From an uncultured Methanoregulaceae archaeon (lineage in GTDB: Archaea; Halobacteriota; Methanomicrobia; Methanomicrobiales; Methanospirillaceae): 64,000 bases of DNA. The position numbers were made by a program, and so were the translations under genes. Positions within the stretch are counted from its first letter, which is position 1, and every line of letters starts with the position of its first letter. The notes beneath the pieces are model-generated. The model searched no databases. It was not told where the DNA came from and saw only the letters and a program-made list of their open reading frames with translations. This document shows positions 19,984 through 31,595 of this stretch, one piece after another. The DNA lies in NCBI GenBank assembly GCA_963841015.1, contig CAWJAX010000005.1:1-64000 (forward strand). Reading direction: 5' to 3'.

Positions 19984-20292
19984 ATGACCGAAACACAAGG
20001 ACCACACCAGCTCTTTTCCTTTGAGCGTGATGCACGCCGTCTGGAATTGCTCGTTCGAATTGTTTACTGGATTCTCATAGGAATTGTTCTCTGGGTATAT
20101 GGGATCATTGGGTTCATCTGCCTGTTTGTCCAGTGGTTCCATATTCTTATTCTCGGGCGGAGGAATGAAGGATTATCAAATATCGCAAAAGGGTATCTCG
20201 AATACATGGTTCATGTTATGAGTTATACGTATATCATGACCGACAAACGCCCTGAAATTCTGCCAGTTCCAGTGAAGATTTTTGAGGAATAA
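19984..20292 (+). CDS. DUF4389-like membrane protein
   Basis: RLELLVRI..., QWFHILILGRR, Y..TDKRP. Confidence 0.7.
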   Translation: MTETQGPHQLFSFERDARRLELLVRIVYWILIGIVLWVYGIIGFICLFVQWFHILILGRRNEGLSNIAKGYLEYMVHVMSYTYIMTDKRPEILPVPVKIFEE

Positions 20293-20427
20293 CCAGAGAA
20301 AATGACCGGAAATGGTCATTCGTTTTTTTGGTTTTTATACAGTCACGGCAGACTGACCTGTTCTGCTTTGATTTTCTCCTGAAAGCTAAAAAAGACAATA
20401 TTTGTTGTGTATCGTTTTTTTTAAAAG

Positions 20428-22032
20428 TTAGATTTTTTCACTGGTAATCCTGGCAAACGTCGCGGTGAAGATCCCGGGCATGCCACGGATCTCTTCCATC
20501 ACTTCTGCGGGTACTTCGCTGTCCACGTTCAGGATCATGATCGCTTTATCACCGGGATTGATCCTTCCCACCTGCATGCCGGCAATATTGATATTACATT
20601 TCCCGAGGATGGTGGATGCACGCCCGATAACACCAGGCTTGTCCAGGTGCCGTGAAACGATCACGTAACCTTCGGGAATCATGTCCATCGTGTAACCACC
20701 GACGGCCACAATGCGGCTGCGGCCCTTGAAAAAGACCGTGCCACTGACCGTCTCCTCTCCCTTGTCAGTCTTGATCCGGATGGTGATGAGGTTCTTGAAT
20801 CCGCTGGATTCCTGCGTAACCGTCTCGCTGACCGTGATCCCTCGTTCTTTGGCAATGAAATCCGCATTCACGATATTGACCGGCTGCTGGAGGATCGGGT
20901 CGAGAAGCCCTTTGAGAGCAAGCCTGGTCACAAATTTCATGCTTCCCGCATAGGCAGACAGTTCACCGCCATAGATGCACTCAACGGATGATAGCCGGCC
21001 TCCGGCGATCTGGATAACGAACCTGCCCATCTTCTCGGCAAGCTGGGCGTAGGGTTCGAGCACTTCTGCCAGTTCCGGCGGGACCATCGGGGCGTTGACC
21101 ACGTACTTTGCAGAGCCGCCTTTCAGGACTTCAATGCACTGCTTTGCTACGGAAACTGCGACATTCACCTGTGCCTCAGCGGTACTTGCCCCGAGATGGG
21201 GGGTAACAATGATCTGGTCAAGGGTGAGCAGAGGGGAGTCTGTCGGTGGCTCGGTTTCAAAAACATCGAGCGCAGCACCAGCCACTTTGCCGCTTTTGAC
21301 TGCATCGTAAAGCGCCTTTTCATCAATTATTCCACCACGGGCGCAGTTGATAATCCGCACCCCGTCCTTCATGGTCGCAATACTCTTTGCGTTGATGAGG
21401 TGTTTCGTCTCGGCGATCAGCGGCGTGTGCACGGTGATCACATCAGCTATCCTGAAGAGGTCTTCAACCGACATCATCTCAACGCCAAGCTGGGCTGCCC
21501 GTTCTTTGGAGATAAAGGGATCATAGGCAACGCATTTCATGTCCATCGCGATTGCCCGTTTTGCCAGTTCGCGCCCGATACGCCCGAATCCGACAATGCC
21601 CAGAACCTTCTCGTTGAGTTCCACGCCCATGAACTTACTGCGTTTCCATTCCTTCTTTTTCAGGCTCGCGGTTGCCTGCGGGATATTTCTTGCCAAGGAG
21701 AGCATCATTGCCATGGTGTGCTCAGTTGCAGCAAGGGTATTGCCTTCCGGCGCATTGGCAACAATAATGCCTTTGCGCGTCGCCGCATCCATATTGATAT
21801 TGTCCACGCCAACCCCTGCACGACCGATAAACTTCAGCCGTTTCCCTGACTCGATCACCTTTGCCGTGACTTCCGTGCTGCTCCGCACGAGCAGGGCATC
21901 ATAATCACCGATGATAGTGCAAAGCTCTTCTTCTTTAAGGTCAGTTTTAACGTCAACATCGAACGCCTTTTTCAGGATCTCAAGCCCCTCTTCAGCCAGC
22001 GGATCGCTGACGAGCACCCTTACGTTTGCCAT
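20428..22032 (-). CDS. serA: D-3-phosphoglycerate dehydrogenase with ASB/ACT domains
   Basis: Motifs GRAGVGVDN, GFGRIG, INCARGG and TPHLGAST; ACT motif DKPGVIG. Confidence 0.95.
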   Translation of the reverse strand: MANVRVLVSDPLAEEGLEILKKAFDVDVKTDLKEEELCTIIGDYDALLVRSSTEVTAKVIESGKRLKFIGRAGVGVDNINMDAATRKGIIVANAPEGNTLAATEHTMAMMLSLARNIPQATASLKKKEWKRSKFMGVELNEKVLGIVGFGRIGRELAKRAIAMDMKCVAYDPFISKERAAQLGVEMMSVEDLFRIADVITVHTPLIAETKHLINAKSIATMKDGVRIINCARGGIIDEKALYDAVKSGKVAGAALDVFETEPPTDSPLLTLDQIIVTPHLGASTAEAQVNVAVSVAKQCIEVLKGGSAKYVVNAPMVPPELAEVLEPYAQLAEKMGRFVIQIAGGRLSSVECIYGGELSAYAGSMKFVTRLALKGLLDPILQQPVNIVNADFIAKERGITVSETVTQESSGFKNLITIRIKTDKGEETVSGTVFFKGRSRIVAVGGYTMDMIPEGYVIVSRHLDKPGVIGRASTILGKCNINIAGMQVGRINPGDKAIMILNVDSEVPAEVMEEIRGMPGIFTATFARITSEKI

Positions 22033-22209
22033 AAAAAACCCATATACTATCTGCACCTTACTTAAAGAGGATTATTCTTTAACCGGGGGCAGGTGCCTTC
22101 CCCGCAGAGCAAAAAAAATCGATCGCCGACCGGGTTTACACTTTTACGGTAAAAAAAGGGAATGATAATTATTAAACAAGAGGGAGGTAAGATCATAAGT
22201 GGTGCGAGC

Positions 22210-24495
22210 ATGAAGGACGTTCCGAATATTCTGTGGCTCGAGGAGATCAGGAAGGAAGATATTGTATCGGTCGGGGGTAAGGGAGCTTCTCTTGGCGAGA
22301 TGGCATCCATCGGGCTCCCGGTTCCGAAAGCCTTCGTGGTAACTGCTCAGGCCTTCCGAAGGTTTTTGGTTGAGACCGGTATTGAAAAGAAGATATTTGC
22401 ATCCTATGAACGACTTGATGTCGAAGATAACGAGGCACTTGAGAAAGCTGCCGAGGGTGCAAAGACCATGGTGCTCAGGGCAAAGATGCCGGCATTCATA
22501 AAAGACGAGATCCGTCACGCGTACAAAAAAATTTCAGCAGAAGACCTGATCGTGGCAGTCAGATCAAGCGCTACTGCCGAAGACCTCCCGGATGCCAGTT
22601 TTGCCGGACAACAGGAGACGTATCTGAATATAAAAGGGGAAGCAGCCCTCCTTGAGGCTGTGCAAAAATGCTGGGCATCCCTTTACGGGGCCCGGGCGAT
22701 CTATTACCGCGCCAAGCAGGGATTTGATGATCACACGGTAAATATCGCTGTTGTCGTGCAGCAGCTCGTTCACTCTGAAAAGGCCGGGGTCATGTTCACC
22801 TCCCACCCCATTACCGGTGAACCGCTCACGATTATCGAAGGATCGTGGGGACTTGGTGAAGCGGTTGTTTCCGGTTCGGTTTCACCGGATAAATATATCT
22901 TTGACCAGCGGTCGGAGAAAGTAGACGACGTCCTTATCTCGAACAAGAAAGTAGAGATCATCGCTGACGGGGATCATGGTACAAAGCTGGTGGATGTACC
23001 AGCTTCCCGACAGGATACACAGGTGCTGTCTACCGCTGAAATTACCAAGCTTGCCATGTATGGCAAGATTGCTGAAAACCATTATGGTATCCCCCAGGAT
23101 GTTGAATGGGGCATTGTGAACGGGATTATTTATATTCTCCAGTCCCGTCCGATCACTACGATTGGGAACAAGAAAGAGGCAAAGAGCATGTCAGGACAAA
23201 AACAGAACGCAAAGATTATTCTGCAGGGACAGGGAGCGGCTCCCGGTATCGCTTCGGGCAGGGTCGTCGTCATCCGGGACGTAAAAGACACCGGAAGTGT
23301 AAAAGAGGGCGACATTCTCGTCACGAAGATGACAAGCCCTGACATGGTTCCGGCAATGCGCAAGGTAGCCGCAATTATCACCGATGAGGGAGGGTTGACC
23401 TGCCACGCTGCTATCGTCAGCCGTGAACTGGGGACCCCGGCAGTTGTAGGAACGAAAACTGCAACCCATGTTCTGACGAACGGGCAGCTTATTACCGTTG
23501 ATGGCGAGAAAGGTCTCATTTATGAAGGTGAGATAACCGCTCCGGCAAAACCGGCTCAGGTAGTGCAGATGGCAGACTGCCGCTCCACATATTATCACTG
23601 CTACAAGTGTAAAGGTGAATGTTTCCATTCCCGAAGCAGCAGCCCGGGCTGCAGCGACCGGAGCAGACGGGGTCGGATTATTGAGGATAGAACACCTCAT
23701 CCTTGGGCTTAACAAGACACCGGGCTGGTTTATCGCCAACAACAAGGAAGAGGATTTTGTCAGGGAACTTCATGATGGCATCAAGATCGTTACTCGATGC
23801 ATTCCCCGGTAAACCGGTATGGGTGCGGACACTCGATGCCCCGACCGATGAATTCCGCAACATGATGGGGGGAGAGAACGAACCCCTTGAACACAACCCC
23901 ATGCTTGGCTGGCGCGGGATCCGTCGCGACATCCAGAGCCCGGATCAATTCCGTCTTCAGGTTGAGTCGTTCAAGCGTCTCTGGAAAGAGGGATATGATA
24001 ATCTCGGCATCATGTTCCCGATGGTTTCCCATCCCGATGAGTTCCTGGCAGCAAAGGCGATGATGATGGCCTGCGGGGTGGATGTTGATAATGTAACCCT
24101 TGGAATTATGATCGAAATACCGGCAAGCGCGATCATGATCGAGGACTTCCTCAAGTGCGGCATAAAATTCGCTTCATTCGGGACAAACGATCTTGTCCAG
24201 TACACACTCGCGATTGACCGGAACAATGAAAATGTTGCTGACATGTACGAGCCCCAGCATCCTGCCGTGCTTCACCTGATCCACACGGCAATCCAGATGT
24301 GCAGGGCGTACGATGTGGAGTGCTCAATCTGCGGGCAGGCTGGTTCTGACCCGAAGATGGCAGAGCTGGCTCGTTGAGCACGGCATAGCAAGCATATCGG
24401 CAAATATCGATGCAATCGCCAAGATCCGTGAGGCGGTTGCCCGCACGGAAAAGCGTATCATTCTCGAGGCAGCGAGAAACCGCGATGCTGAATAA
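22210..24495 (+). CDS. ppsA: Phosphoenolpyruvate synthase (three apparent frameshifts near 23570, 23790 and 24362)
   Basis: VGGKGASLGE, AVRSSATAED, TCHAAIVSRE, NPMLGWRG, FGTNDLVQY and ICGQA are distributed over four consecutive frames. Confidence 0.9.
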
Positions 24496-25586
24496 GGGGT
24501 CCTCAAAAGAAGAACTCTTCTCTTTTTTCTCCCAAAAAAAAAGCGAGGATATTGACCACTCCTTTATTCTGAGCTCCATGTGTACCATCCCTCACCCGGT
24601 CGCGGTGCAGGCACACACCATGTTCATGGAGACGAATCTCGGTGATCCCGGGCTTTTCCCGGGAACGGCATCACTCGAAAAACTCCTTATCCTGCGACTG
24701 GGCACTCTTTTCCACCGGAAGGAAGCAGGGGGGTATGCAACATCAGGAGGGACCGAGTCCAATATCCAGGCACTCCGTCTCGCAAAGGTCTGTAAAAAAA
24801 GAGGTTGTTTATCCCAACATAATCGTGCCGGAATCAGCGCACTTTTCGTTCAGGAAGGCCAGCGATCTTCTCTGTCTTGAGATGCGGACCGTACCCCTTG
24901 ATAAGGATTTCAGGATGGATGCCGGGAAAGCGGCAGAACAGATCGACAGGAACACAGTATGTCTCGTAGGGATAGCCGGCACAACTGAGTATGGTATGGT
25001 TGATCCTATTGCGGATCTGGCAAAGATCGCAGATGCACAGGACATTTTCTTTCATGTGGACGCCGCTTTTGGCGGCATGGTGATACCATTCCTGAAAAAT
25101 CCTGTTCCCTTTGACTTTGCGCTTCCCGGTGTCACGACCATCGCAGTTGACCCGCACAAGATGGGCATGAGTACAATCCCTGCCGGCTGCCTGCTCACCA
25201 GGGATCCGGAAATTCTCAATACGCTCAATATCGATACGCCATACCTTTCGGTAAAACAGGAATACACCCTGGGGGGCACCCGTCCCGGAGCTCCTGTTGT
25301 AGGGGCACTCGCAGTACTTGACTATCTTGGTTTTGAGGGGATGAAGGCAATTGTTACCGGGTGCATGAAAAATACCCGGCGACTTATCGCCGGTATGGAA
25401 ACGTTCGGCATCCCGCATGTCGTTACACCGGATGTGAACGTGGCGACATTTGCCTGCAGGAAAGTACCCGAACCCTGGAAGATTTCTTGGACACGACAGG
25501 GGCACTTAAGAATCGTCTGTATGCCCCACGTCCATGGTGACCGTATTGAGACATTCTTACAAAATATTGGTGAACTCTATGCTTGA
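24485..25586 (+). CDS. mfnA: PLP-dependent L-tyrosine/aspartate decarboxylase (frameshift at the A-run near 24800)
   Basis: Motifs ILSSMCT, NLGDPGLFPG, SGGTESN, HVDAAFGG and DPHKMG. Confidence 0.9.
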
Positions 25587-26127
25587 CAGACTTGTGACAT
25601 CCCTTGAGACCTGCCCCATGATAAAGAGGGGAGAGTATAATTATTTCATTCACCCCATCACCGATGGCGTACCTGTTATTGACCCCGCTCTCCTCCGCGA
25701 AGTATGCACCGCAATGGTAAAAATGCTTGATTTAACGGGTGTAGACACGATCGTTGTTGTTGAGGCGATGGGCATTCATATCGGTTCGATCCTGTCGACC
25801 ATGACCGATATCCCTATGACCATCATGCGCAAGAGGGCGTACAGGTTGCCGGGGGAGATAGCCGTTCACCAGACCACCGGTTATTCAAAAGGTGAACTTT
25901 ACCTCAACGGGGTGTATAAAGGAGACCGGGTCGTGATCATTGACGATGTGGTGAGTACGGGCGGGACGATGAGGGCGCTTTTACAAGCCCTCCACATTGC
26001 CGGAGCTGATGTTGCAGATGTCTGCATTGCAGTTCAGCGTGGAGATCCCGATATCGGGCGCCCGTATAAGTCACTGGTAAAGATCGAAGTGACAGACAAG
26101 GTGTATGTCGTTGAACGGCACCTCTGA
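25579..26127 (+). CDS. hpt: Hypoxanthine/guanine phosphoribosyltransferase
   Basis: YNYFIHPITDGVP and the PRPP loop IIDDVVSTGGT. Confidence 0.9.
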   Translation: MLDRLVTSLETCPMIKRGEYNYFIHPITDGVPVIDPALLREVCTAMVKMLDLTGVDTIVVVEAMGIHIGSILSTMTDIPMTIMRKRAYRLPGEIAVHQTTGYSKGELYLNGVYKGDRVVIIDDVVSTGGTMRALLQALHIAGADVADVCIAVQRGDPDIGRPYKSLVKIEVTDKVYVVERHL

Positions 26128-27052
26128 TATTATTAAAAACCTGAAAAAGAAAGGGGCACAACGTGTTGCCCTCCAGTTTCCCGAGGGGCTGAAACGGCAG
26201 TCAGCGGCCGTAGCTGCCGATCTGAAAGCAGCCGGTTTTGAGGTTATCGTGAGCGGAGATCCCTGTTATGGTGCCTGCGATCTTGCGCTTGATACGCTCA
26301 GGCACGCAGATGTGCTCGTCCATTTCGGGCATTCACCTGTTGATGAACAGCCAAAGGTGATCTTCGAACCGTATCCCATGGATTTTGATGTAGCAGTGCT
26401 GGAGAATGCACTCCATTTCCTGAAAGGAGAACAAGTTGGTCTTGTCACCACGGTCCAGCATGTCCACATGATTCCTGCGATGGAACTATTCCTGCAGGCA
26501 AAGGGGATCTCTGTTCGTGTTGCGGAAGGGGGCAGGCGAACACCAAACCGTGGACAGGTGCTCGGGTGCAGTTTCACTGCAGCAAAAGCGACGGGTGCAG
26601 AGGAGATTCTTTTTGTTGGTACAGGACTCTTTCACCCCATCGGTATTGCGCTTGCTACCCATGCACGGGTGATCGCACTGGATCCCCTGACCGGATCTGC
26701 ACAGGAAGTGAGCGGTGACGCACTCCTGCGGCGTCGTTTTGCGGTCATGGAGAAAGCAAGGGGTGCAAAAAGCGTGGGTATTATTGTCAGCACCAAGAGT
26801 GGCCAGCAGAGAATGGATCTCGCCCGCCGGCTGGAATCGCTCTCACCTGCTGCCGTTATTGTTACTATGGGGGAGGTAATTCCGGACGAATTGCTCAACC
26901 TTGGATTCGCCTGCTACGTGAATACCGCCTGCCCCCGGCTCGCGTATGATGATCAGGTACGCTTTCCGGTGCCGGTCCTTTCACCCCAGGAATTTGAGAT
27001 TCTTTGTGGTGTCAGTACGTGGGAAGCCTATACGATTGACGAGATCGTATGA
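26105..27052 (+). CDS. dph2: Diphthamide biosynthesis enzyme Dph2
   Basis: Motifs LQFPEGLK, CYGACD, GQVLGC and TACPR. Confidence 0.92.
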   Translation: MSLNGTSDIIKNLKKKGAQRVALQFPEGLKRQSAAVAADLKAAGFEVIVSGDPCYGACDLALDTLRHADVLVHFGHSPVDEQPKVIFEPYPMDFDVAVLENALHFLKGEQVGLVTTVQHVHMIPAMELFLQAKGISVRVAEGGRRTPNRGQVLGCSFTAAKATGAEEILFVGTGLFHPIGIALATHARVIALDPLTGSAQEVSGDALLRRRFAVMEKARGAKSVGIIVSTKSGQQRMDLARRLESLSPAAVIVTMGEVIPDELLNLGFACYVNTACPRLAYDDQVRFPVPVLSPQEFEILCGVSTWEAYTIDEIV

Positions 27053-27660
27053 AACTCAGACACCTTGAAATGATACTCCAGCGTATCACCGGTTATCACC
27101 ACCCGCGTGCTGCGCTCGAACAATACCAGACACCTGCACCACTTGCTGCCCGGTTGTTGTACCATGCATTGATGAAAGGTGATATTGAAGGGAAAACTGT
27201 GTGCGATCTCGGGTGCGGTACGGGGGTTCTTGCAATCGGCGCTGCCCTGCTTGGGGCGGATCATGTAACAGGGATAGATAGTGATCCACAGGCCGTCAGG
27301 GACGCGAATGCAAATGCGGCGCTGCTCGATACGGATATTGAGTTCATCGTCTCCGATGTTCGGGATGCAGCACTTCCCGGGCGTCTCGGGTACTGTGATA
27401 CCGTGGTCATGAACCCCCCATTCGGGGCACAGAAAGCGCATGCAGATCGTCCGTTTATCGATCTCGCCATTTCTATCGCTCCTGTTACGTACAGCATCTT
27501 TAATGCGGGTTCTACCCAATTTATAGAAACTTACACAGCGGAGCGGGCGGAGATCGATGAAAAAGTTGGCGGTATATTCCCCATAAAACGCACCTTTTCC
27601 TTCCACACGCACGATGTCCAGGAAATCGAGGTCGAGATCCTACGCCTGATACGGAAATAA
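27049..27660 (+). CDS. METTL5-family methyltransferase
   Basis: Motifs LEQYQTP, DLGCGTG and MNPPFG. Confidence 0.9.
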   Translation: MKLRHLEMILQRITGYHHPRAALEQYQTPAPLAARLLYHALMKGDIEGKTVCDLGCGTGVLAIGAALLGADHVTGIDSDPQAVRDANANAALLDTDIEFIVSDVRDAALPGRLGYCDTVVMNPPFGAQKAHADRPFIDLAISIAPVTYSIFNAGSTQFIETYTAERAEIDEKVGGIFPIKRTFSFHTHDVQEIEVEILRLIRK

Positions 27661-27677
27661 TTACCAAAAACCGCAGC

Positions 27678-28853
27678 GTGAAAAATACTATTACCGGGCT
27701 TGCGGCAGCACATCTTGTCACTGATATTTACATGCCGGTACTCCCTGCCATTCTTCCCCTTCTTATCGCCACCAATGGTTATTCTTACCTCGCGGCCGGG
27801 CTGCTGGTTACCGCCTACAACATCACCTCATCATTCACCCAGCCGGTAGTCGGGTGGCTCTCGGACTCTAAAGGTTTTTCCATCAGTATCAGTATCAGTC
27901 TTTTTGTGAGTGCACTATTTGTCGCTCTCATGGGGATTGCCCCGTACTATTACCTGATCATGCTCTTTGCCATCATCGCCGCACTGGGACATGCCTGCTT
28001 TCACCCGACGGCTTTGAGCCTGGTGAACCGGCTCTGTGTACCGGAGAACCGGGGTCGGATCACCTCGTACTTCGTTGTGGGGGGGAATTTAGGGTATGCG
28101 ATTGGCCCGGTGCTTGCCGGTGCCCTTGTCTTCTGGCTGGGACTCCCCGGGCTCCTGTTCCTTATTTTCCCGGCACTCTTCATGCTCGTCGCCCTCAGAT
28201 ACCTGCTTCCGGGCGGGATTGCCGGGGCGTGTCAGTCCCATACCAGACCGGAATCCCCTCAGCGGAAGGAACAATCGAAAAAACCGTTCATCATCCTCAT
28301 GGCAGCATCCGTTCTCCGGGCCTGGGCGGTCTTTGCCGCAATTACATTCCTGCCGATGTACCTGGTAACCCTTGGATATGATCTCATGACCGCAAGTATC
28401 ATCATGACCCTGATGCTCCTTGCCGGCGTTGCCGGTCAGGTTATGGGAGGCCAGATCTCTGACAGGATCGGAAGAAAAGAGTTCATGATCTTTGGCCTTG
28501 CAGGGGCAATACCGTTCTTTTACCTGTTCTTTGCAACCACGGGTATCACTGCGATCATAGCAATTCTCCTGTTCGGGTTCTTTCTCTGGTCAACATTTGC
28601 TGTTGCAGTTGCCATGTCACATGAACTCCTGCCCCAGAATGTCGGTCTTGCATCCGGCATGATGCTGGGCTTGGCAATTGGGTTTGGAGGTCTGGGTGTG
28701 GCGGTCAATGGTATGATCGCTGACCATTATTCTCTCGCTGCAGCGCTGGGAACGATCCCCATCCCGATTATCGCAGCGATGCTGCTTATGATAGTCCTTC
28801 CGTATCCCTGGAAATCGTTAACGGGTTATCTTGCTCGCAGACCATCCCGCTGA
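27678..28853 (+). CDS. MFS transporter (Fsr-like)
   Basis: Hydrophobic multi-TM protein; QPVVGWLSD, FHP, GGNLG and SDRIGRK. Confidence 0.85.
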   Translation: MKNTITGLAAAHLVTDIYMPVLPAILPLLIATNGYSYLAAGLLVTAYNITSSFTQPVVGWLSDSKGFSISISISLFVSALFVALMGIAPYYYLIMLFAIIAALGHACFHPTALSLVNRLCVPENRGRITSYFVVGGNLGYAIGPVLAGALVFWLGLPGLLFLIFPALFMLVALRYLLPGGIAGACQSHTRPESPQRKEQSKKPFIILMAASVLRAWAVFAAITFLPMYLVTLGYDLMTASIIMTLMLLAGVAGQVMGGQISDRIGRKEFMIFGLAGAIPFFYLFFATTGITAIIAILLFGFFLWSTFAVAVAMSHELLPQNVGLASGMMLGLAIGFGGLGVAVNGMIADHYSLAAALGTIPIPIIAAMLLMIVLPYPWKSLTGYLARRPSR

Positions 28854-28911
28854 TTCATTCAATACACTTATAAGGACGGATTCACAAAACAAGAGAGATT
28901 GAGGAACTTGT

Positions 28912-29091
28912 ATGGATAAAATGGGAATTATTGCATTGATAGTCGGTCTGGTTTTACTTGCGATAGGGGGCTATGCAATCTGGGTATTCCTTCCGGAAGT
29001 AATCGTAGCAGTAAAAGGTCTTATCGGGATTGTTGCGGTACTCATCGGTCTGATGATGGTCATCTTCGGCATCCTTATCGTGAACGATTAA
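28912..29091 (+). CDS. Small two-TM membrane protein (59 aa), absent from the ORF track
   Basis: GAGG RBS, then MDKMGIIALIVGLVLLAIGGYAIWVFLPEVIVAVKGLIGIVAVLIGLMMVIFGILIVND-stop. Confidence 0.7.
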   Translation: MDKMGIIALIVGLVLLAIGGYAIWVFLPEVIVAVKGLIGIVAVLIGLMMVIFGILIVND

Positions 29092-29265
29092 GAAAATGTT
29101 CACGGGGAAAACTGACCCGGAGACTTTTTTTTATACCTTACTACGAAGCATGGTGAGCTGGCTGTTTCTCTGCTGAGCTCTCGAAAACGCCATCAAAAAT
29201 TTCTCCACACCATGTGCGGTTTTCTGTTCTGAGATATGAGGATACCAGAAATTATAAGGCGAAGG

Positions 29266-29643
29266 TCAGGTACCAGTTATTTTTTTTATCAAACGGCGAT
29301 TGGGTGCGAGATATCCGATAATGATGGCAACCCCAAGAAAGATCAGTGCGGTCGCAGTTGAGACAAGAATGAACAGCCCTGCCAGATATGCTACGATCAC
29401 TGAAATAAGCCCGAGAAATCTCCCCCGTGTATATGCCCCAAGGACAGACAGGAGCAGGAGGATCATTGGCAGGATGAGAAAAAGAGACCGTATTGCAGGA
29501 TCTGAGTAAACCGTGTCAACAACGTTCCCGAGCACATCGAGAATAACTGCCTGTGGATCGATACCGATCGCAGTCCAGAGCCCGGACAGAAAACCAAGCC
29601 CGATGACAAACTGCCAGATATAGGTTCGCGATTTTTTTGCCAT
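29266..29643 (-). CDS. Hypothetical membrane protein
   Basis: 125 aa with about four hydrophobic segments. Confidence 0.7.
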   Translation of the reverse strand: MAKKSRTYIWQFVIGLGFLSGLWTAIGIDPQAVILDVLGNVVDTVYSDPAIRSLFLILPMILLLLSVLGAYTRGRFLGLISVIVAYLAGLFILVSTATALIFLGVAIIIGYLAPNRRLIKKITGT

Positions 29644-29735
29644 GGAAGATGTCCGCTCATTTCAAACAAAGGGTATCATCTAAGTCTTCCGGTATACCTA
29701 TTTGGAAGTTTTCCTCTCTGGATTTCCGTAATGTA

Positions 29736-31034
29736 TCAGGTACTCTTCGAAGCATAGTGACCTGAGATCACCATGAGCACAACGCCGACCCCCGTGAGCA
29801 CAACGCCGAGGGCAAGCACGGCCGGATCCTGCACTGCAAGCAGGAAAATACAGAAAACAATTCCTGCAACGGGAACCAGCGGTAATCTGCCGATGGAGCA
29901 GGGAATACGAAACGGTCGGGGGGTATGGGGGGAATGGTATCGCAGGACAATAACCGCTGCATTGATCACGATGAACGTTATAAAAAGCGTAAAGTTGGTC
30001 ACGTTTGCAATAAAGGCAATGTCACCGGCAAATATGAGCATACCAGACAGGACTCCGCAGATAATAATGGCTATCCACGGGGTTCGCCGGGCCGGGTGAA
30101 CCCACGCAAGTCCGGCCGTTAAGGAAGACGATCCAGCCATACCATAGAGAATCCGGGACGAGGCATACATCGACATCAGCACAGTATTGGCCGTGGCAAA
30201 AAGGGCGATGACTGAGATGACAATCGCGGCATCGGGGCCCAGCGTGGCAGATACGACATCAGCAAACGGGGCTGGGGAAACCGCCAGCTGCTGCCACCCC
30301 AGGACAGACACTACCGAAAGTGCAACCAGCACATACAGGATTACGCTAATGGCAAGAGCGAGGATAAGCGCTTTGGGGATCGTGGTTTCAGGTTTTTTTG
30401 TTTCCTCAGAAAATTTGACCATGGATTCGAATCCCTGGTAAGCAAAAAAGATCAGGGCTGATGCAGCAAAGAGCCCGGAATAACCAAGCGGCATCTCCCC
30501 GTAGTTCACACTGCCAAGATGCGGCAGACCAATTGCAATGATGATGACCAGTCCTGAGACCTCGATGAGTGTTGCGATGACTGCAACCCGGGCTGTTTCC
30601 TTTACACCCCAGGCAAGCAGCGCAGTAAGCACAATGAGGAGAACAATTGCAGAAATGAGCACCGGGATGCTGGTCAGTGCAGAGAAATATCCCGCAAAAC
30701 CAAGTGCGACCGTGGCAGCGGCAAGGACACCGGAAAGGAAGACCAGCCAGCCGATGACAAATGCCAGCCGGGCATTGAATGCATTTGTGACATAATCATA
30801 TTCTGCCCCGGCTTTGGGGAACATGGAAGACAGCTCTGCATAGCTCAGGCCGGTGAGCAGTGCCATTATCGCTGATAAACCAAACGCGAGCCAGATTGCA
30901 TTGCCGGCAAGACCGGCAGCCTGCCCGATGAGAACATATACACCGGCCCCGAGGATGATCCCAACACCAGACAGCGTTACTTCAGGAAGGCCGAGCTCCC
31001 GTTTGAGGGGGGGATTTGGGGATTGCTGGTCCAT
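29736..31034 (-). CDS. APC-family amino acid permease
   Basis: Motifs GIILGAG, YAELSSMFPKAG, FFAYQGFE, SRILYGMA and RPFRIP. Confidence 0.9.
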   Translation of the reverse strand: MDQQSPNPPLKRELGLPEVTLSGVGIILGAGVYVLIGQAAGLAGNAIWLAFGLSAIMALLTGLSYAELSSMFPKAGAEYDYVTNAFNARLAFVIGWLVFLSGVLAAATVALGFAGYFSALTSIPVLISAIVLLIVLTALLAWGVKETARVAVIATLIEVSGLVIIIAIGLPHLGSVNYGEMPLGYSGLFAASALIFFAYQGFESMVKFSEETKKPETTIPKALILALAISVILYVLVALSVVSVLGWQQLAVSPAPFADVVSATLGPDAAIVISVIALFATANTVLMSMYASSRILYGMAGSSSLTAGLAWVHPARRTPWIAIIICGVLSGMLIFAGDIAFIANVTNFTLFITFIVINAAVIVLRYHSPHTPRPFRIPCSIGRLPLVPVAGIVFCIFLLAVQDPAVLALGVVLTGVGVVLMVISGHYASKST

Positions 31035-31109
31035 AATGATCTAACCGTTCTTTTTTTTGTTCTGATAAAAAATGAGAGGTATACCGGGATTGCTACAAAG
31101 ATTCCCTGA

Positions 31110-31541
31110 TCACGTTACCGGATCCGCATCGACGTCAAATTCATCCAGAAACGGCATCAGCCCGGCAATGTAACGGTTCGTTGTTCCACGCTCGGCTGAG
31201 TGCCTTTCACCAATAGTAACGACCTCTATCATAAGCGGAAGCTCCTGCATTGTCCGCTCAAACGATGGATCGTTCTCCCGGGTGAACCGGAGGAAACTTT
31301 CAATAGTTATGTAGGGGCGTCCGTACTCCGGGAATATGGCAAATTCCTCCAGAACGGATTCGAGTGTCCTGGTACGGGCGAGATCTTCTTCAAAAAATAA
31401 GAAGACCTCGATACCATACATGCGGCTGATCTCATCGAGCATCCGGATATCGAGGATTCCATTTCTCGTTACACCAAGAGATCCAAGTTTCTCTGCAGCT
31501 GTTTTCCCGGGGAGCGCGTCCCAGGCTGCCTCAGTATCCAT
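31110..31541 (-). CDS. Hypothetical protein
   Basis: 143-aa ORF filling the gap between co-oriented genes. Confidence 0.6.
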   Translation of the reverse strand: MDTEAAWDALPGKTAAEKLGSLGVTRNGILDIRMLDEISRMYGIEVFLFFEEDLARTRTLESVLEEFAIFPEYGRPYITIESFLRFTRENDPSFERTMQELPLMIEVVTIGERHSAERGTTNRYIAGLMPFLDEFDVDADPVT

Positions 31542-31595
31542 ATATGGCGTAGGAAGTCGGGGAGTGTAAAGGTATGGATAGCTGCGCCGGGTCTG

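Noticed and set aside
23560-24810. Programmed ribosomal frameshifting in ppsA or mfnA
   Set aside because: Multiple shifts per gene, mostly without slippery heptamers or stimulatory structures; the same pattern occurs across the window and fits sequencing error
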